From: an uncultured virus (IMG/VR IMGVR_UViG_3300028914_000084)
Taxonomy: Duplodnaviria > Heunggongvirae > Uroviricota > Caudoviricetes
Virus record (IMG/VR): IMGVR_UViG_3300028914_000084
Length of the DNA stretch: 64,000 bases
Strand: one strand, 5' to 3'
The position numbers and the translations under genes were made by a program. This document shows, one piece after another, positions 27,567 through 37,909 of the stretch. The notes beneath the pieces are model-generated. The model was given only the letters and a program-made list of their open reading frames with translations, searched no databases and was not told the DNA's origin. Each line of letters opens with the position of its first letter. Position 1 is the stretch's first letter.

Positions 27567-28805
27567 TTACCAAACTATATAATTATTTTCATTAAAATTT
27601 TTCTTTTGTGATAACGCTCTCGATATAGCTAAATCTATTCCAGATTTACTCTTCAAATGATAATAGTATAAATCTTTATATGGTGTATTTAACCTATCAA
27701 TTCGTCCAGATGCTTGTTCCATTATTTTATAACTATAGTTTTGACTATAAAATATAATAGTATTGCAATATATACAGTTCCAACCTTCTGCTCCAGCTGA
27801 ATACTGTACCAAATACACCCAATTATCACCAGATGGTAATGGTTCATGTTTGTGACCATTCCATTCAGCTATTTCATAATGTCCTTCTAAACCAGCAATA
27901 TAAGCCATTCCTCGTAATATCTCAAGTTCATAATCAAAATTGTAAAATATAATAGCTTTTGGATGTTCTTCTAATATTTCTGCTAGTGCTATTTGTCTAG
28001 AATCGTCTTCGTTTACAATTCTTCTTAAAACATAACACAACTCACTAATTTGTTTAACTGGTTCGTCCGTAAATGGATTCCACTTCTTTTTCATAGTGAC
28101 ATTATATAATTCCTTATTATATTCAGTATATATACTTTCATGATGTCTGACAGTATCTCTTTTAAAATCCATATTTATTAATATCTTATTTTTATATTCT
28201 ATCAAAGGTTGAATATTTATATACTTTTCTATTTTAGGATACTTTGCAAATCTAGAAAATACAACATGTTCTGCTACAAATTCTGTTTTATTTTTATAGA
28301 AACCATTTGCAACAAAAACAGGAATATAATCAGACCAGCAATCACCTGGAGTAGCTGATAATATAATCCACTTATTTTTCTTAGCTATTTTATAAAAAGC
28401 TTTTACCCAAGCACCCGAACCAACAAGTCTTTGTTCGTCAAAAATAAAAAAGGACCCGTACACATTCTGATACTTCTTAATATTATTCCAACTATCAACA
28501 TATATATGATTGCCATATCTTTTATATTGTTCATTATCAGTTGATAATAGAAAATGAGTAAGTTCGCCCTCCCATTCAAGAGTATCTCTCTTTCTAGCAG
28601 TTGTTATAATATATAAATCTCGTACAGGTACTTTCATCGGAACATAATCCGGATTAATACTACCACCATGCTCTTTAAAATAATAGTAAAGGGCGGTTCT
28701 AGATTTACCAGAACCAACCCCACCATTAAGTATACAACCGTTACACATTTTATTTACTGCGTCCATTTGATAAGGATATAAAAATTGTTTATTGTTTGAA
28801 TTCAT
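27567..28805 (-). CDS. Superfamily 2 helicase
   Basis: GGVGSGKS, FIFDE, LSATPG, AEGWN, QASGRIDR. Confidence 0.88.
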   Translation of the reverse strand: MNSNNKQFLYPYQMDAVNKMCNGCILNGGVGSGKSRTALYYYFKEHGGSINPDYVPMKVPVRDLYIITTARKRDTLEWEGELTHFLLSTDNEQYKRYGNHIYVDSWNNIKKYQNVYGSFFIFDEQRLVGSGAWVKAFYKIAKKNKWIILSATPGDCWSDYIPVFVANGFYKNKTEFVAEHVVFSRFAKYPKIEKYINIQPLIEYKNKILINMDFKRDTVRHHESIYTEYNKELYNVTMKKKWNPFTDEPVKQISELCYVLRRIVNEDDSRQIALAEILEEHPKAIIFYNFDYELEILRGMAYIAGLEGHYEIAEWNGHKHEPLPSGDNWVYLVQYSAGAEGWNCIYCNTIIFYSQNYSYKIMEQASGRIDRLNTPYKDLYYYHLKSKSGIDLAISRALSQKKNFNENNYIVW

Positions 28806-29076
28806 TTATATCATCTTTCCTAATCCTTCCGATTGTTTTATATTCATAAGAAGTTATTTCTTTTGTATAATAATTATACTTAACTCTAAATTTTCTTATT
28901 TTCTTACCGTCTTTAACGGCTAATTTGATAATTCTAATATTCCAATTTCTAGAACATTTTGTTATCTCTATATCATCAGTTGTGATCTTTTTAAAACCTT
29001 TAAAATAGTTATCATTGCAGTATTTAACTACCATATTCTTTGATAAATTTATTAAATTATTTTTACTTAATATCAT
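28789..29076 (-). CDS. Hypothetical protein
   Basis: SD plus ORF. Confidence 0.6.
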   Translation of the reverse strand: MILSKNNLINLSKNMVVKYCNDNYFKGFKKITTDDIEITKCSRNWNIRIIKLAVKDGKKIRKFRVKYNYYTKEITSYEYKTIGRIRKDDINEFKQ

Positions 29077-29090
29077 ATTTATTTCTCCTT

Positions 29091-29591
29091 TTATTCTTCT
29101 ACATTATTCATTCTAGCAGCAAATCTATCAGGCATAAATTTAACGCACATTGATTGTAAATATGCTGTAGTACCACTATTATTACCCATAGTCCAATTAT
29201 ATGGTCTAATATCCATATCTACACTACTGATATTCAAATCATCAATCATATCTATTATATCTTCTCCGATTTGTCTTATACTAGTACCATCATCAAGATA
29301 TACTGCTGGATTTCTACCAGCTCCAAATTTTACTTTAACAGGTAAAGTGTTAAATGGTTCTTCGCCTTCTTCTACAGGAGGTTTTCTTTTAATATGCCAT
29401 CCATCTGCTTCTAATACATCACATATTTCATCAGAACTCATTTCTTTTCCATCAAGAAATCCATTACCAATAACTATTGAGAAACTTCTTTCTCCGTTTT
29501 GATTAAATTTACTTGGTGCTCCTGAAAAGTTTCTATAAACTATTCTTGCATCATTAAACTCCAAAATATTTCCTCTTTTATTAATTTCCAT
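29091..29591 (-). CDS. Probable single-stranded DNA-binding protein
   Basis: Next to the polymerase; YRNFSG, RPYNW, TAYLQSM resemble phage OB-fold SSBs. Confidence 0.65.
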   Translation of the reverse strand: MEINKRGNILEFNDARIVYRNFSGAPSKFNQNGERSFSIVIGNGFLDGKEMSSDEICDVLEADGWHIKRKPPVEEGEEPFNTLPVKVKFGAGRNPAVYLDDGTSIRQIGEDIIDMIDDLNISSVDMDIRPYNWTMGNNSGTTAYLQSMCVKFMPDRFAARMNNVEE

Positions 29592-29626
29592 TATTCATCT
29601 CTCCTTTTCTTTCCTTGAAAATTATT

Positions 29627-29747
29627 AAAAAAATAAAAAAGAATAGTAAATTATATATCGATTTATACTTTTCTAACTTACCACTATGAATCTTCTAAAT
29701 CGTTCTCATTCTATATATAATTTGGACTGGTATGTCCATCTATTCTT
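29627..29747 (-). ncRNA. Candidate structured small RNA (three-way junction)
   Basis: Nested 8-, 11- and 7-bp stems plus a side hairpin, between a motif copy and a U-tract; no SD-led ORF. Confidence 0.65.
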
Positions 29748-29749
29748 CT

Positions 29750-29776
29750 CATTATAACAAATGTTTTTTACGCGAA
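29750..29776 (-). promoter_or_regulatory. CGCG-N14-TATAAT promoter-like motif
   Basis: TTCGCGTAAAAAACATTTGTTATAATG. Confidence 0.75.
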
Positions 29777-32700
29777 TTAATCAGCTGTAAACATTTCGAA
29801 ATCTCCATATTGAGATATAGATTCTACAGCACTGTCGACTAATTCATTATAATATCTTCTATCAATAAAATCATTTCCATTATTAAATTCATCTCGTATC
29901 ATTTCAGATTCGACCCAACGATATCCTTTACTGCCACCAACAGAATTATATTTACCATCTTGATCTCTCATTAATAATCCACCACCTTTTCCAGGTAATA
30001 CTGGACAAAAGTTACCAACCTTCCCAACAAATTTATAATCATGACCACTATTGATTTCGTCTAACAAATCTCTACTTACCGTTTCAAATTCACCATCAGA
30101 TATTTTACCATCTTTATAAGATTTCTTTAATTTGTCTAATTCTTTTTCTGCATTTGTAACATCTGGTAAACTTTCATTTAAATCTAAATATAATGCAGAC
30201 TTAACAGATTTAGTTTCACACATATCCTCAAATTCAATAGGTTCTTTACTAAATAATTTCTTGAATACATAAGGAACTTGGAATTGTGTACCTGTAGCAG
30301 TCCATTCGCCACTATGCTTAGTACAGTCTCCTGGAGAATAACCATATTCTTTTTCACAACTTTCTGCTGTAGCATATTTAGCAATATAAACTGCATCATT
30401 TACTAAACACATTCTTTCGTATGTAGCCTCATGTTCAAATGTATAACCATATTTCTCACCAAATTCCATAACAAATTTAATTATTTCATTATCTGCATTA
30501 GGTATCTTTATAGAATCTGTTTTAATATGTGCAACTGTATATCCACGTTTTTGAACCTCTTCTTTTAGATCTATCATAAATAACGCTCCACGTTTTGCTA
30601 CAAGATTGTCTTTGTTTCTGACATCTCTAAATGGATTATCAAAATTAGCAGCTGTTAAACCGTATACAGAATTTATAGCAGTCTTTAATGCGTTAGCCAA
30701 AGATTTAGATGTCATTTCACCATCAATAACTTTTTGAATATATGGTGTTAATTTGCCACCTAACATCTTATTAACTTCATCCCAAGCTTCGTGCTTGATA
30801 CTAACACGACCCTCAACAATTTCTCTGAATACTCTAGTGAATCTAGGTCCAAATACACATTCTGCTATACTACTATGTGGATGCATTGAAACTATATCGA
30901 GTAAAGCTACCCTATTATACATACCTGGTTCAGAATATACATGACCGCCTTCACCAACTTCTTCACCTTTATAAGTTGATACGCCATTCTTATATTGATA
31001 TCCAGGAAAATATGGTAATAATGATTTCTCAGACCCATGTTTTTGAGACATCATGATAGGACAAGCTTCTTTTAAGAATTTAAGAACCTCGTCAGGTAAT
31101 TCTTTAACAGGTTGAGATAGATTTCTATAACAGAATTCACTTTGTGGTTTCTTTTCATTACCAAATATGATTTTTGTTGTTAATGCGTTTGTAGTATCAT
31201 TAACAGTCATTCCTGCTAAATCTGCTAGGATTTGTCTAGCTGTCCAATCAGGTTCAAGATGATCAAATACTGCTTCTGTAGCTATAACATCATTATCACA
31301 ATATTCTGCAACTTTAGCCCATAATTCCTCTGGTACTGGCTCGTCCCAAGGTAATCCAAGTTCTTGATGATGTATACCTAATTCAATCTCAAATTTCTTT
31401 AATGATTTCTTATTTCCAGCAGAAGCAAAATCATATACATCAGTATAAGATAAATTATAAGCTTCTCCAAAAAAAGCATTCTTATCACCACTTACTATCC
31501 TTTGAGATAAATTATATAATTGATCGTTCGAATATCCTAATAATCTAGCATATATAATATGATTATCGTATCGTCTATTATTAAAACCTATTAAACGATA
31601 TTTTATAAGTTCCTCGATATCCTCTGGTGAAGGGTTTATCATTCTTATAACTGGATTTTCTTTACCTTTTAATTTCCAATTAACAAGAAATAAATTTGGG
31701 AACACTTCAATATCATAAAATGCTATTTCTTTTTCTTTACTATCTACAGGTGTTGATACATCTTCAGATTTAAAATGCATTTTATTAACAAGTTTTAAAC
31801 AATAATCAGCATGATTTGTACTATTCATTGCGAATGAAATAATATCATTTTTCATATTACTAACATCATATTTTAAACCCTGTTCATATGAATCCTCTAG
31901 CAACTTATATATAAAATCTACACTAGGTTTTGTTCCAGGATGTATTTCTTTATTTAAATTCCTTTCTATTAATTGTCGTAAACTTTTTTCACTCTTTATA
32001 GTATTATCACTTACCACTCGTTTGACCTCCTTAATAGGTAATCCTGAATTTATTGTAGAAATCGGTACGTTATTACATTTAGTTAATTTTCTTCTTAGTG
32101 AACTTTTACCAGTAAATACTTTTATTTCAATACTATCTGCGTATACTCTACTTAATTTAGTTACATCGCCAGTATAAATATAATGTAAGTGTATACCAGC
32201 ACCACTTTTAGACAATTCAGCATATGTCTTAGGCCACTTACTAGCCTCTTCTAAATTTTTCTCATATGATTTATTACCATTTTCATCCTTTATATCAAAA
32301 TCTATAACAATATGATTTTCTGGAATCTTTACATAATGAATCTTATGAGAATCCAAATCTTTTAATGTAGTAGTTACATCGTCCCATTTTTTATTTGGTG
32401 TTTCATTTGTATTGGCGTATTGTGCTAAACAATCACCACATTCTTTATCAAATATAGATTTCTGCTCCTTAAAATCTATAGTATATGAATTATTCTTTTC
32501 AACAGGTTTAGATTCTTTCTCATCAGAATCAAATATCTCTTTTCTAAACCCGCTATAATAACTTCTAACACGTTCGCCTTCGATATTAAATCTATCATTA
32601 TATTCTTTAAAGTAGTTTTTTAATTCTTCTTTAAATGCTCTCTGTGAGAATGGATAACCTACTTTTGCCTCGTCACAATATGTTTTATACATTTCCCAAG

Positions 32701-33829
32701 CAGATTTCAAAGTAACTCCATCTTCTCTTTTGAATATATGATATGAGTCGAGTACAAAGTTATAGAAATCATTTGATGCACTCATCATTGATGTTGGAAT
32801 ATAGTGGTCATAAGCCCCAGGATTTTCTTTATAAACCTCCATACAATGATAAGCTATAGCACCTAATTCAAATTTTATCTGATTAGTTAAAGTTTTGTAT
32901 TCTTTAGAGCTTACTTTATTACCAGTAGGATGTACATCTATTAAACGTCTTATTAAACCGGATTTACCGTCTGTAATCTTTACTGGTTTATTAGTACCCA
33001 TAAATAAGAAACATTTAAACCTATTAGCATATGTTGATTTAAATTTTTCATTAACTGTCATCAATTCATGAGATACTAAACTATTCAATCTAGTGTTATC
33101 TTCAATTCTTGATAAATCACCATCGTGTTGGATAGCTACTAATGGATTTGTTTTAAAAGATTCTAATGCAAATGAATTGTTTGCAGAACCTAAAGCCTTG
33201 GCATCAAATACTGAATAATAACCTTCAAATAATTGTTGTATAATATTTAATATAGTAGATTTACCAGTACCTGCTGCCCCATACAATACTAAAAACTTTT
33301 GTATATTTTTAGAATCACCAGTAACTATAGCACCTATAGCCCATTCTAATTTTCTTCTTTCTTCTTGCGAATATAAAGTAGATATAAGTTTTTCATAAGC
33401 ATCTATATTACCAGGTTCTAGTGGATATGATAATTTCTTACTAGCATAGTCTTCTTTCTTAACATCTGTGTTAGAGAATATAATATTTTCATCTAACATC
33501 TCGAAAGAATCACGCTTTTGTTTTTGACAATATTTATGCCAGGAGTCGATGGCTCCACTTGTAGAATCCCAAGTATACTTAGGAATAACAGTATACTCAG
33601 GATTTTCTTTCTTTGCTTTTTCTGCAACTCTATATATTTCACTATCAATTATAGCTAATGCGTCATCTTCGTTTGTAGACCATATTTTCTTATCTTCTAA
33701 CCATACTGCATAAAAATCGCCACCTCGTATCATCAAATCAGTAGACTTTGGATATACTTTAAACTTAGGAACTATTTCTATAATATTATTTTTACAACTA
33801 TGTTCAGATACGATTAAAAAATCAGCCAT
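29777..33829 (-). CDS. SF3 helicase-primase-family B DNA polymerase fusion
   Basis: GAAGTGKST; IVIDFD and SKSGAGIHLHY (prim-pol); FYDIEVF and YCDNDV (exonuclease); LDIVSMHP, KTAINSVYG, KTDS (PolB). Confidence 0.88.
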   Translation of the reverse strand: MADFLIVSEHSCKNNIIEIVPKFKVYPKSTDLMIRGGDFYAVWLEDKKIWSTNEDDALAIIDSEIYRVAEKAKKENPEYTVIPKYTWDSTSGAIDSWHKYCQKQKRDSFEMLDENIIFSNTDVKKEDYASKKLSYPLEPGNIDAYEKLISTLYSQEERRKLEWAIGAIVTGDSKNIQKFLVLYGAAGTGKSTILNIIQQLFEGYYSVFDAKALGSANNSFALESFKTNPLVAIQHDGDLSRIEDNTRLNSLVSHELMTVNEKFKSTYANRFKCFLFMGTNKPVKITDGKSGLIRRLIDVHPTGNKVSSKEYKTLTNQIKFELGAIAYHCMEVYKENPGAYDHYIPTSMMSASNDFYNFVLDSYHIFKREDGVTLKSAWEMYKTYCDEAKVGYPFSQRAFKEELKNYFKEYNDRFNIEGERVRSYYSGFRKEIFDSDEKESKPVEKNNSYTIDFKEQKSIFDKECGDCLAQYANTNETPNKKWDDVTTTLKDLDSHKIHYVKIPENHIVIDFDIKDENGNKSYEKNLEEASKWPKTYAELSKSGAGIHLHYIYTGDVTKLSRVYADSIEIKVFTGKSSLRRKLTKCNNVPISTINSGLPIKEVKRVVSDNTIKSEKSLRQLIERNLNKEIHPGTKPSVDFIYKLLEDSYEQGLKYDVSNMKNDIISFAMNSTNHADYCLKLVNKMHFKSEDVSTPVDSKEKEIAFYDIEVFPNLFLVNWKLKGKENPVIRMINPSPEDIEELIKYRLIGFNNRRYDNHIIYARLLGYSNDQLYNLSQRIVSGDKNAFFGEAYNLSYTDVYDFASAGNKKSLKKFEIELGIHHQELGLPWDEPVPEELWAKVAEYCDNDVIATEAVFDHLEPDWTARQILADLAGMTVNDTTNALTTKIIFGNEKKPQSEFCYRNLSQPVKELPDEVLKFLKEACPIMMSQKHGSEKSLLPYFPGYQYKNGVSTYKGEEVGEGGHVYSEPGMYNRVALLDIVSMHPHSSIAECVFGPRFTRVFREIVEGRVSIKHEAWDEVNKMLGGKLTPYIQKVIDGEMTSKSLANALKTAINSVYGLTAANFDNPFRDVRNKDNLVAKRGALFMIDLKEEVQKRGYTVAHIKTDSIKIPNADNEIIKFVMEFGEKYGYTFEHEATYERMCLVNDAVYIAKYATAESCEKEYGYSPGDCTKHSGEWTATGTQFQVPYVFKKLFSKEPIEFEDMCETKSVKSALYLDLNESLPDVTNAEKELDKLKKSYKDGKISDGEFETVSRDLLDEINSGHDYKFVGKVGNFCPVLPGKGGGLLMRDQDGKYNSVGGSKGYRWVESEMIRDEFNNGNDFIDRRYYNELVDSAVESISQYGDFEMFTAD

Positions 33830-33856
33830 TCATATCACTCCTTTACTTAATATATT

Positions 33857-34402
33857 TTAAATCATATTAGCTAAATAACATTCTGCTTGAATCCATATTT
33901 CCAAATCTCTCTGATCTTCATATGAATCTCGGACATAAAATATATTACCTTTTCCATCGTGATCATAATCTCTGTTTAGAAATCTATCAATTATATCATT
34001 AGCTATATGTTCATCATAGTTATCATCAGTCATCATACTTAATCCTAGATTTTTCATCATTTCCCAGAACCATTGAGCAGTTCTGTCTCCATATCTAGGG
34101 TCGTCCATATACTCATATTCTATTTTTATAGCTAACGCGTACATCATTTCTAAGATATTACATGTGTTTACAATAGTATTAGTGGCTAATAAAGTATCAG
34201 GATTTGTTTCCATATCAAATCGATATCTCAAACCAATTCCATCTACACCTCTGTTCGCGTCCATTTTAATTGTATAGTAAAAATCTCTATTATATAATAA
34301 ATTTAATATTTTATAATATGAAATATCATCGTGAGCTCTTTTAGAACATATATTATCGTATAACCAATTAAAATAACGTTCTTCTATGCTGTCGTTTCCC
34401 AT
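33857..34402 (-). CDS. Hypothetical protein
   Basis: SD plus ORF (MDANRGVDGIGLR). Confidence 0.7.
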   Translation of the reverse strand: MGNDSIEERYFNWLYDNICSKRAHDDISYYKILNLLYNRDFYYTIKMDANRGVDGIGLRYRFDMETNPDTLLATNTIVNTCNILEMMYALAIKIEYEYMDDPRYGDRTAQWFWEMMKNLGLSMMTDDNYDEHIANDIIDRFLNRDYDHDGKGNIFYVRDSYEDQRDLEIWIQAECYLANMI

Positions 34403-34414
34403 TAACTACACCTC

Positions 34415-35032
34415 CTACTTATCTTCGGAATCTGTTAATTTAGTAAAGTCTTCAAATGATATTGTTTCTTTTATGATTTCATAATCTACTTTTTCATTAT
34501 CATCTCTTACAAATATCGATGTGTCTATATTTTTCTTAGCATATAACTCTTTAATAATATCTTTTTCAAAATAATTAATATCGAATAAACAATTATCTTC
34601 GTCTAAAATAACTTTATCAGTGAATGCAGTTAACATCTTAGTAGTATATTCATCGTCATCACCGTATTCATCTGGTGTAATTATATATGGTGCTATTTGC
34701 TCATCTTCATCTTCCTCTTCTTCTTGACCCTTGTATTCTTTGACAATTTCAACATATTTGTCTTCATCATTGCCTATATCAATACCTGATACATATCCTC
34801 TACTTGGTATATCAGAAATAATCTGAATATCTTTATCACCATGAGAATATCCTACATCAATTTTATCAGCATTTTTTACTGATAAATCGAAATCCTCGAT
34901 ATATTTATTAATTTCATCGTTAGTGATTCTTTGATAGTCTTCTTCTAATATTACCATTTTTCTTTTAAAATATAGAGTAGCTGCTAAACCCCCAACAGCA
35001 GCACCTCCTAAAAATATTAATACATTTTTCAT
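34415..35032 (-). CDS. Acidic protein with N-terminal membrane anchor
   Basis: FLGGAAVGGLAA; PYIITPDEY. Confidence 0.7.
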   Translation of the reverse strand: MKNVLIFLGGAAVGGLAATLYFKRKMVILEEDYQRITNDEINKYIEDFDLSVKNADKIDVGYSHGDKDIQIISDIPSRGYVSGIDIGNDEDKYVEIVKEYKGQEEEEDEDEQIAPYIITPDEYGDDDEYTTKMLTAFTDKVILDEDNCLFDINYFEKDIIKELYAKKNIDTSIFVRDDNEKVDYEIIKETISFEDFTKLTDSEDK

Positions 35033-35041
35033 TTTATCCTC

Positions 35042-35956
35042 CTAAATTTTATCGTACATAACCCCGTCAACATTGAAGTCTAATAATATAGCTTTCTCTA
35101 GTCCGTTAACAAAGCGTCTCTTACTTTCATCTTTTCCATCATATATTCCAAAATCAACGTAACTATCAATTGTCTTATCTTCTGGATTATAAATCCAACC
35201 TACAAATTGACCATCTGGTGTTTTAGGGATACCTAATGATTCATATACATCATTTAAGAATAAATACCCTTGAGCTCTTAATCTATCATTAGCCCAATTT
35301 TGTTGTTTCTTTAAGAATAATAAATTGTAGTTAGGGTCTTTTCTATAATAATCACTTAATTCATCAAAGAATTTAGCATAAACACTTGGCGAATTATCGT
35401 CTATTTTTGTAACTGTTTCTTTTTTCTTTTTACCCTTTTCATCAGTAGTTTCAACTTCTTCTGTTTTGATACCTAAACGAAATTCATCGTCTGCATCCTT
35501 ACCTAATTTATCTATAACATTTTTACGATACTTTTTATAACTATTTTCTAATACTGTATAAGCAGTCATTAAAGCTACATTACGTTTCTTAAGAATTGTA
35601 TGACTACCTATTAAACATGAAATTGATATAGCTTCTAACGCAATTGCCGGAGCATATAATCTTATTAATTTTCCAGCAGTTATAGCATAAGCCTTAGTTA
35701 AATCTTTTTTAGCATCGTTTTCGTTATATACATCTTTTAATTCTTCATTATTTAAACTATTATTTATTTTTTCAATATTTTCTTTGTGTTCTTTAATTAC
35801 AGTATCTACTTTTAAAGTTGCTTTACATGCAACTACAGTTCCTGCAACACTTGCTACAATACCAGTAGCTAATAATATTTCAGGACTATGTTTTTTTATT
35901 TTGAAGCTAGCTTTAGCAATTAAACGACTAGCTTTTTCTTTAATATTATCTTTCAT
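35042..35956 (-). CDS. DUF6353-like protein, paralogue 1
   Basis: KHSPEILL..G..ACKAT; LNDVYESLG...GW...LDFNVDG. Confidence 0.7.
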   Translation of the reverse strand: MKDNIKEKASRLIAKASFKIKKHSPEILLATGIVASVAGTVVACKATLKVDTVIKEHKENIEKINNSLNNEELKDVYNENDAKKDLTKAYAITAGKLIRLYAPAIALEAISISCLIGSHTILKKRNVALMTAYTVLENSYKKYRKNVIDKLGKDADDEFRLGIKTEEVETTDEKGKKKKETVTKIDDNSPSVYAKFFDELSDYYRKDPNYNLLFLKKQQNWANDRLRAQGYLFLNDVYESLGIPKTPDGQFVGWIYNPEDKTIDSYVDFGIYDGKDESKRRFVNGLEKAILLDFNVDGVMYDKI

Positions 35957-35976
35957 TTTAATTCTCCTTTTCTTTT

Positions 35977-36576
35977 TTATTCTAATGGGATTGCTTTTGG
36001 TAATTTAATTATCCAACCATCCCTAGTTCTTAAGACTTCTGCAGTATTTATACTGTTCCATCCATAATAATTATCTGTGTAATTTCCTGTTACACCAGCC
36101 ATATCCATTAAATCTGCAACTCTAACAAATCCGTATGAATTTATTACATCATACATTTGATTTAATACATTTTGAGCATCTTGTCTATTATTAAATACTA
36201 TATCATCGTACGAAAACATAGGTGCTCTTTGAACGGGTCTAGGGGCTGGTGTTGCTCTTCTACTATCGTCACCATAATAACTTCTATAAGATACTCTATC
36301 AGCTGATGTACGAGTTCTATTACCTCTAGATTCTCCATATAATATAATATCAATACCGTTTGTAACGATATCAGATACCGCCTTTTTGAATGCTGGTATT
36401 AGTACATCAAAAAATACATAATCTTTTATATTTTTAGCATCTTCTGACACAAAATTTCCAGCAAATTTTTGTAAACCATTTTTCTTTTTAATATTAACTG
36501 GTTCTGATACAACTTTTCCAATATGTTTTTCTTCTTTAGATGCATGTGAATTTGATTTGTAATCGTTAATATCCAT
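35977..36576 (-). CDS. Hypothetical protein sharing the C-terminal ...GW motif with the paralogues
   Basis: VRVADLMDMAG....DNYYGW. Confidence 0.7.
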   Translation of the reverse strand: MDINDYKSNSHASKEEKHIGKVVSEPVNIKKKNGLQKFAGNFVSEDAKNIKDYVFFDVLIPAFKKAVSDIVTNGIDIILYGESRGNRTRTSADRVSYRSYYGDDSRRATPAPRPVQRAPMFSYDDIVFNNRQDAQNVLNQMYDVINSYGFVRVADLMDMAGVTGNYTDNYYGWNSINTAEVLRTRDGWIIKLPKAIPLE

Positions 36577-36600
36577 TTATTAATCCTCCTAATTCTTTAA

Positions 36601-36634
36601 AAATAAAAAGAAGAGTATTCGTAAATACTCCTCT
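36601..36634 (-). terminator. Rho-independent terminator
   Basis: GAGTATT/AATACTC stem plus TTCTTTT. Confidence 0.65.
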
Positions 36635-36650
36635 ATAGAGATATCCATAA

Positions 36651-36851
36651 CTATTTAGTTTTAGATTTTTTATTATCTTCAACAACTTCTTCTTGAATAT
36701 CTGCTTCTTGAACTCTTCTATCAATAAGTTTCTTAGTTACAAATGCTCCAACTGCAGCTACTCCAGCTACACCTAAACCAATTGCAATTCCTAAACCTTT
36801 GTTAGTTTTTGCTCCTTCAGCAACAATTTCATTCATTTTAGTATTTTCCAT
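36651..36851 (-). CDS. Small membrane protein (cassette)
   Basis: GLGIAIGLGVAGVAAVGAF TM segment. Confidence 0.7.
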   Translation of the reverse strand: MENTKMNEIVAEGAKTNKGLGIAIGLGVAGVAAVGAFVTKKLIDRRVQEADIQEEVVEDNKKSKTK

Positions 36852-36894
36852 ATAATATTCCTCCTAATCTTACTAAAATTTATGAGATCTCTCT

Positions 36895-36921
36895 CATTAT
36901 ATCGTATGTTTTTTACGCGAA
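36895..36921 (-). promoter_or_regulatory. CGCG-N14-TATAAT promoter-like motif
   Basis: TTCGCGTAAAAAACATACGATATAATG. Confidence 0.75.
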
Positions 36922-37686
36922 TTATCCCCATCTATCAAAATTATGAGTTGGCGATTTTTCATAGTCTAATACTATACATGGTTCAGTATCGTCTACTAAA
37001 CAAGTTGACATATTTAATTTTATTATGCCGTTTGTAATATTCCATCCTATCAAATCACCTTCTTTCAATGGATCTAATCCATACCCAGAATATAATTCAT
37101 TTAATGATACATAATCTTGATGGTTTATTTTTTCATTAAGTTCGTTTATCACTTTATTTATAGTGTTCATGTCAGACCTAAAATACCTTCCAGATATTTC
37201 ATCTCTAAATAAAGTATTACCACTAGATGTGACAATTATTGTATTATTCTTTGGCGGATCGTTTTTAATATCGTCTTCGTGTATTTTATCTCTTATTTTT
37301 TGCTCTTCTTTTTCACCAATAGTCTCAATAACTTTCTCCTTATATTTTAATAATGTTTTCTCAGATAATGCACAAGCTGCACCTAATGCTGCATTTCTCT
37401 TTAAATTTATGCTATTACCACCTATTATACAGCTAATTGAGATAATTTCTAAAGCTACTATTGGAGCATAATCTTTCCAGCATATTTTAATAATTTCTTT
37501 ACTAGACAAACTAGATTCTCTTTCTTTTTCAATATCTTGAATTTTCATCGTAACTCTTGATGTTGTAGTCATAGTCCAAAATGTCGCTCCTACAGTTCCG
37601 ACTATACCTACACCTGTTAAAATTTCAGGACCATGTTTTACCAAAGCCCTTTTAACATTATTAGTAATATCCTCAAATTTACCCAT
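36922..37686 (-). CDS. DUF6353-like protein, paralogue 2
   Basis: KHGPEILTGVG; SGRYF; VSLNELY...IGW. Confidence 0.7.
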   Translation of the reverse strand: MGKFEDITNNVKRALVKHGPEILTGVGIVGTVGATFWTMTTTSRVTMKIQDIEKERESSLSSKEIIKICWKDYAPIVALEIISISCIIGGNSINLKRNAALGAACALSEKTLLKYKEKVIETIGEKEEQKIRDKIHEDDIKNDPPKNNTIIVTSSGNTLFRDEISGRYFRSDMNTINKVINELNEKINHQDYVSLNELYSGYGLDPLKEGDLIGWNITNGIIKLNMSTCLVDDTEPCIVLDYEKSPTHNFDRWG

Positions 37687-37717
37687 ATTTCCTCCTAACT
37701 AAAAAGATAAAAGCAGA

Positions 37718-37867
37718 TTATTTTCCGCTTTCATTCATTTTTTCTTCTACAAATTTCTTGATATTTTTCTCGTTTTCTTTTGTTGAAACAAATGCACTAA
37801 TAATCATTCCAATTATTGATGCAATTACTCCTCCAATTTTTACGATTAATAATTTTTTATCTTTCAT
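37718..37867 (-). CDS. Small membrane protein (49 aa, cassette)
   Basis: AAGGAG SD; MKDKKLLIVKIGGVIASIIGMIISAF..., translated by hand. Confidence 0.65.
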   Translation of the reverse strand: MKDKKLLIVKIGGVIASIIGMIISAFVSTKENEKNIKKFVEEKMNESGK

Positions 37868-37882
37868 TTATATCTCTCCTTT

Positions 37883-37909
37883 CATTATATGGTATGATTT
37901 CAACGCGAA
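37883..37909 (-). promoter_or_regulatory. CGCG-N14-TATAAT promoter-like motif
   Basis: TTCGCGTTGAAATCATACCATATAATG; overlaps the upstream stop codon. Confidence 0.75.

Noticed and set aside
9774..29687. 8-nt complementarity (ATAGTGGT) between the loops of the two candidate RNAs
   Set aside because: Too short to distinguish from chance
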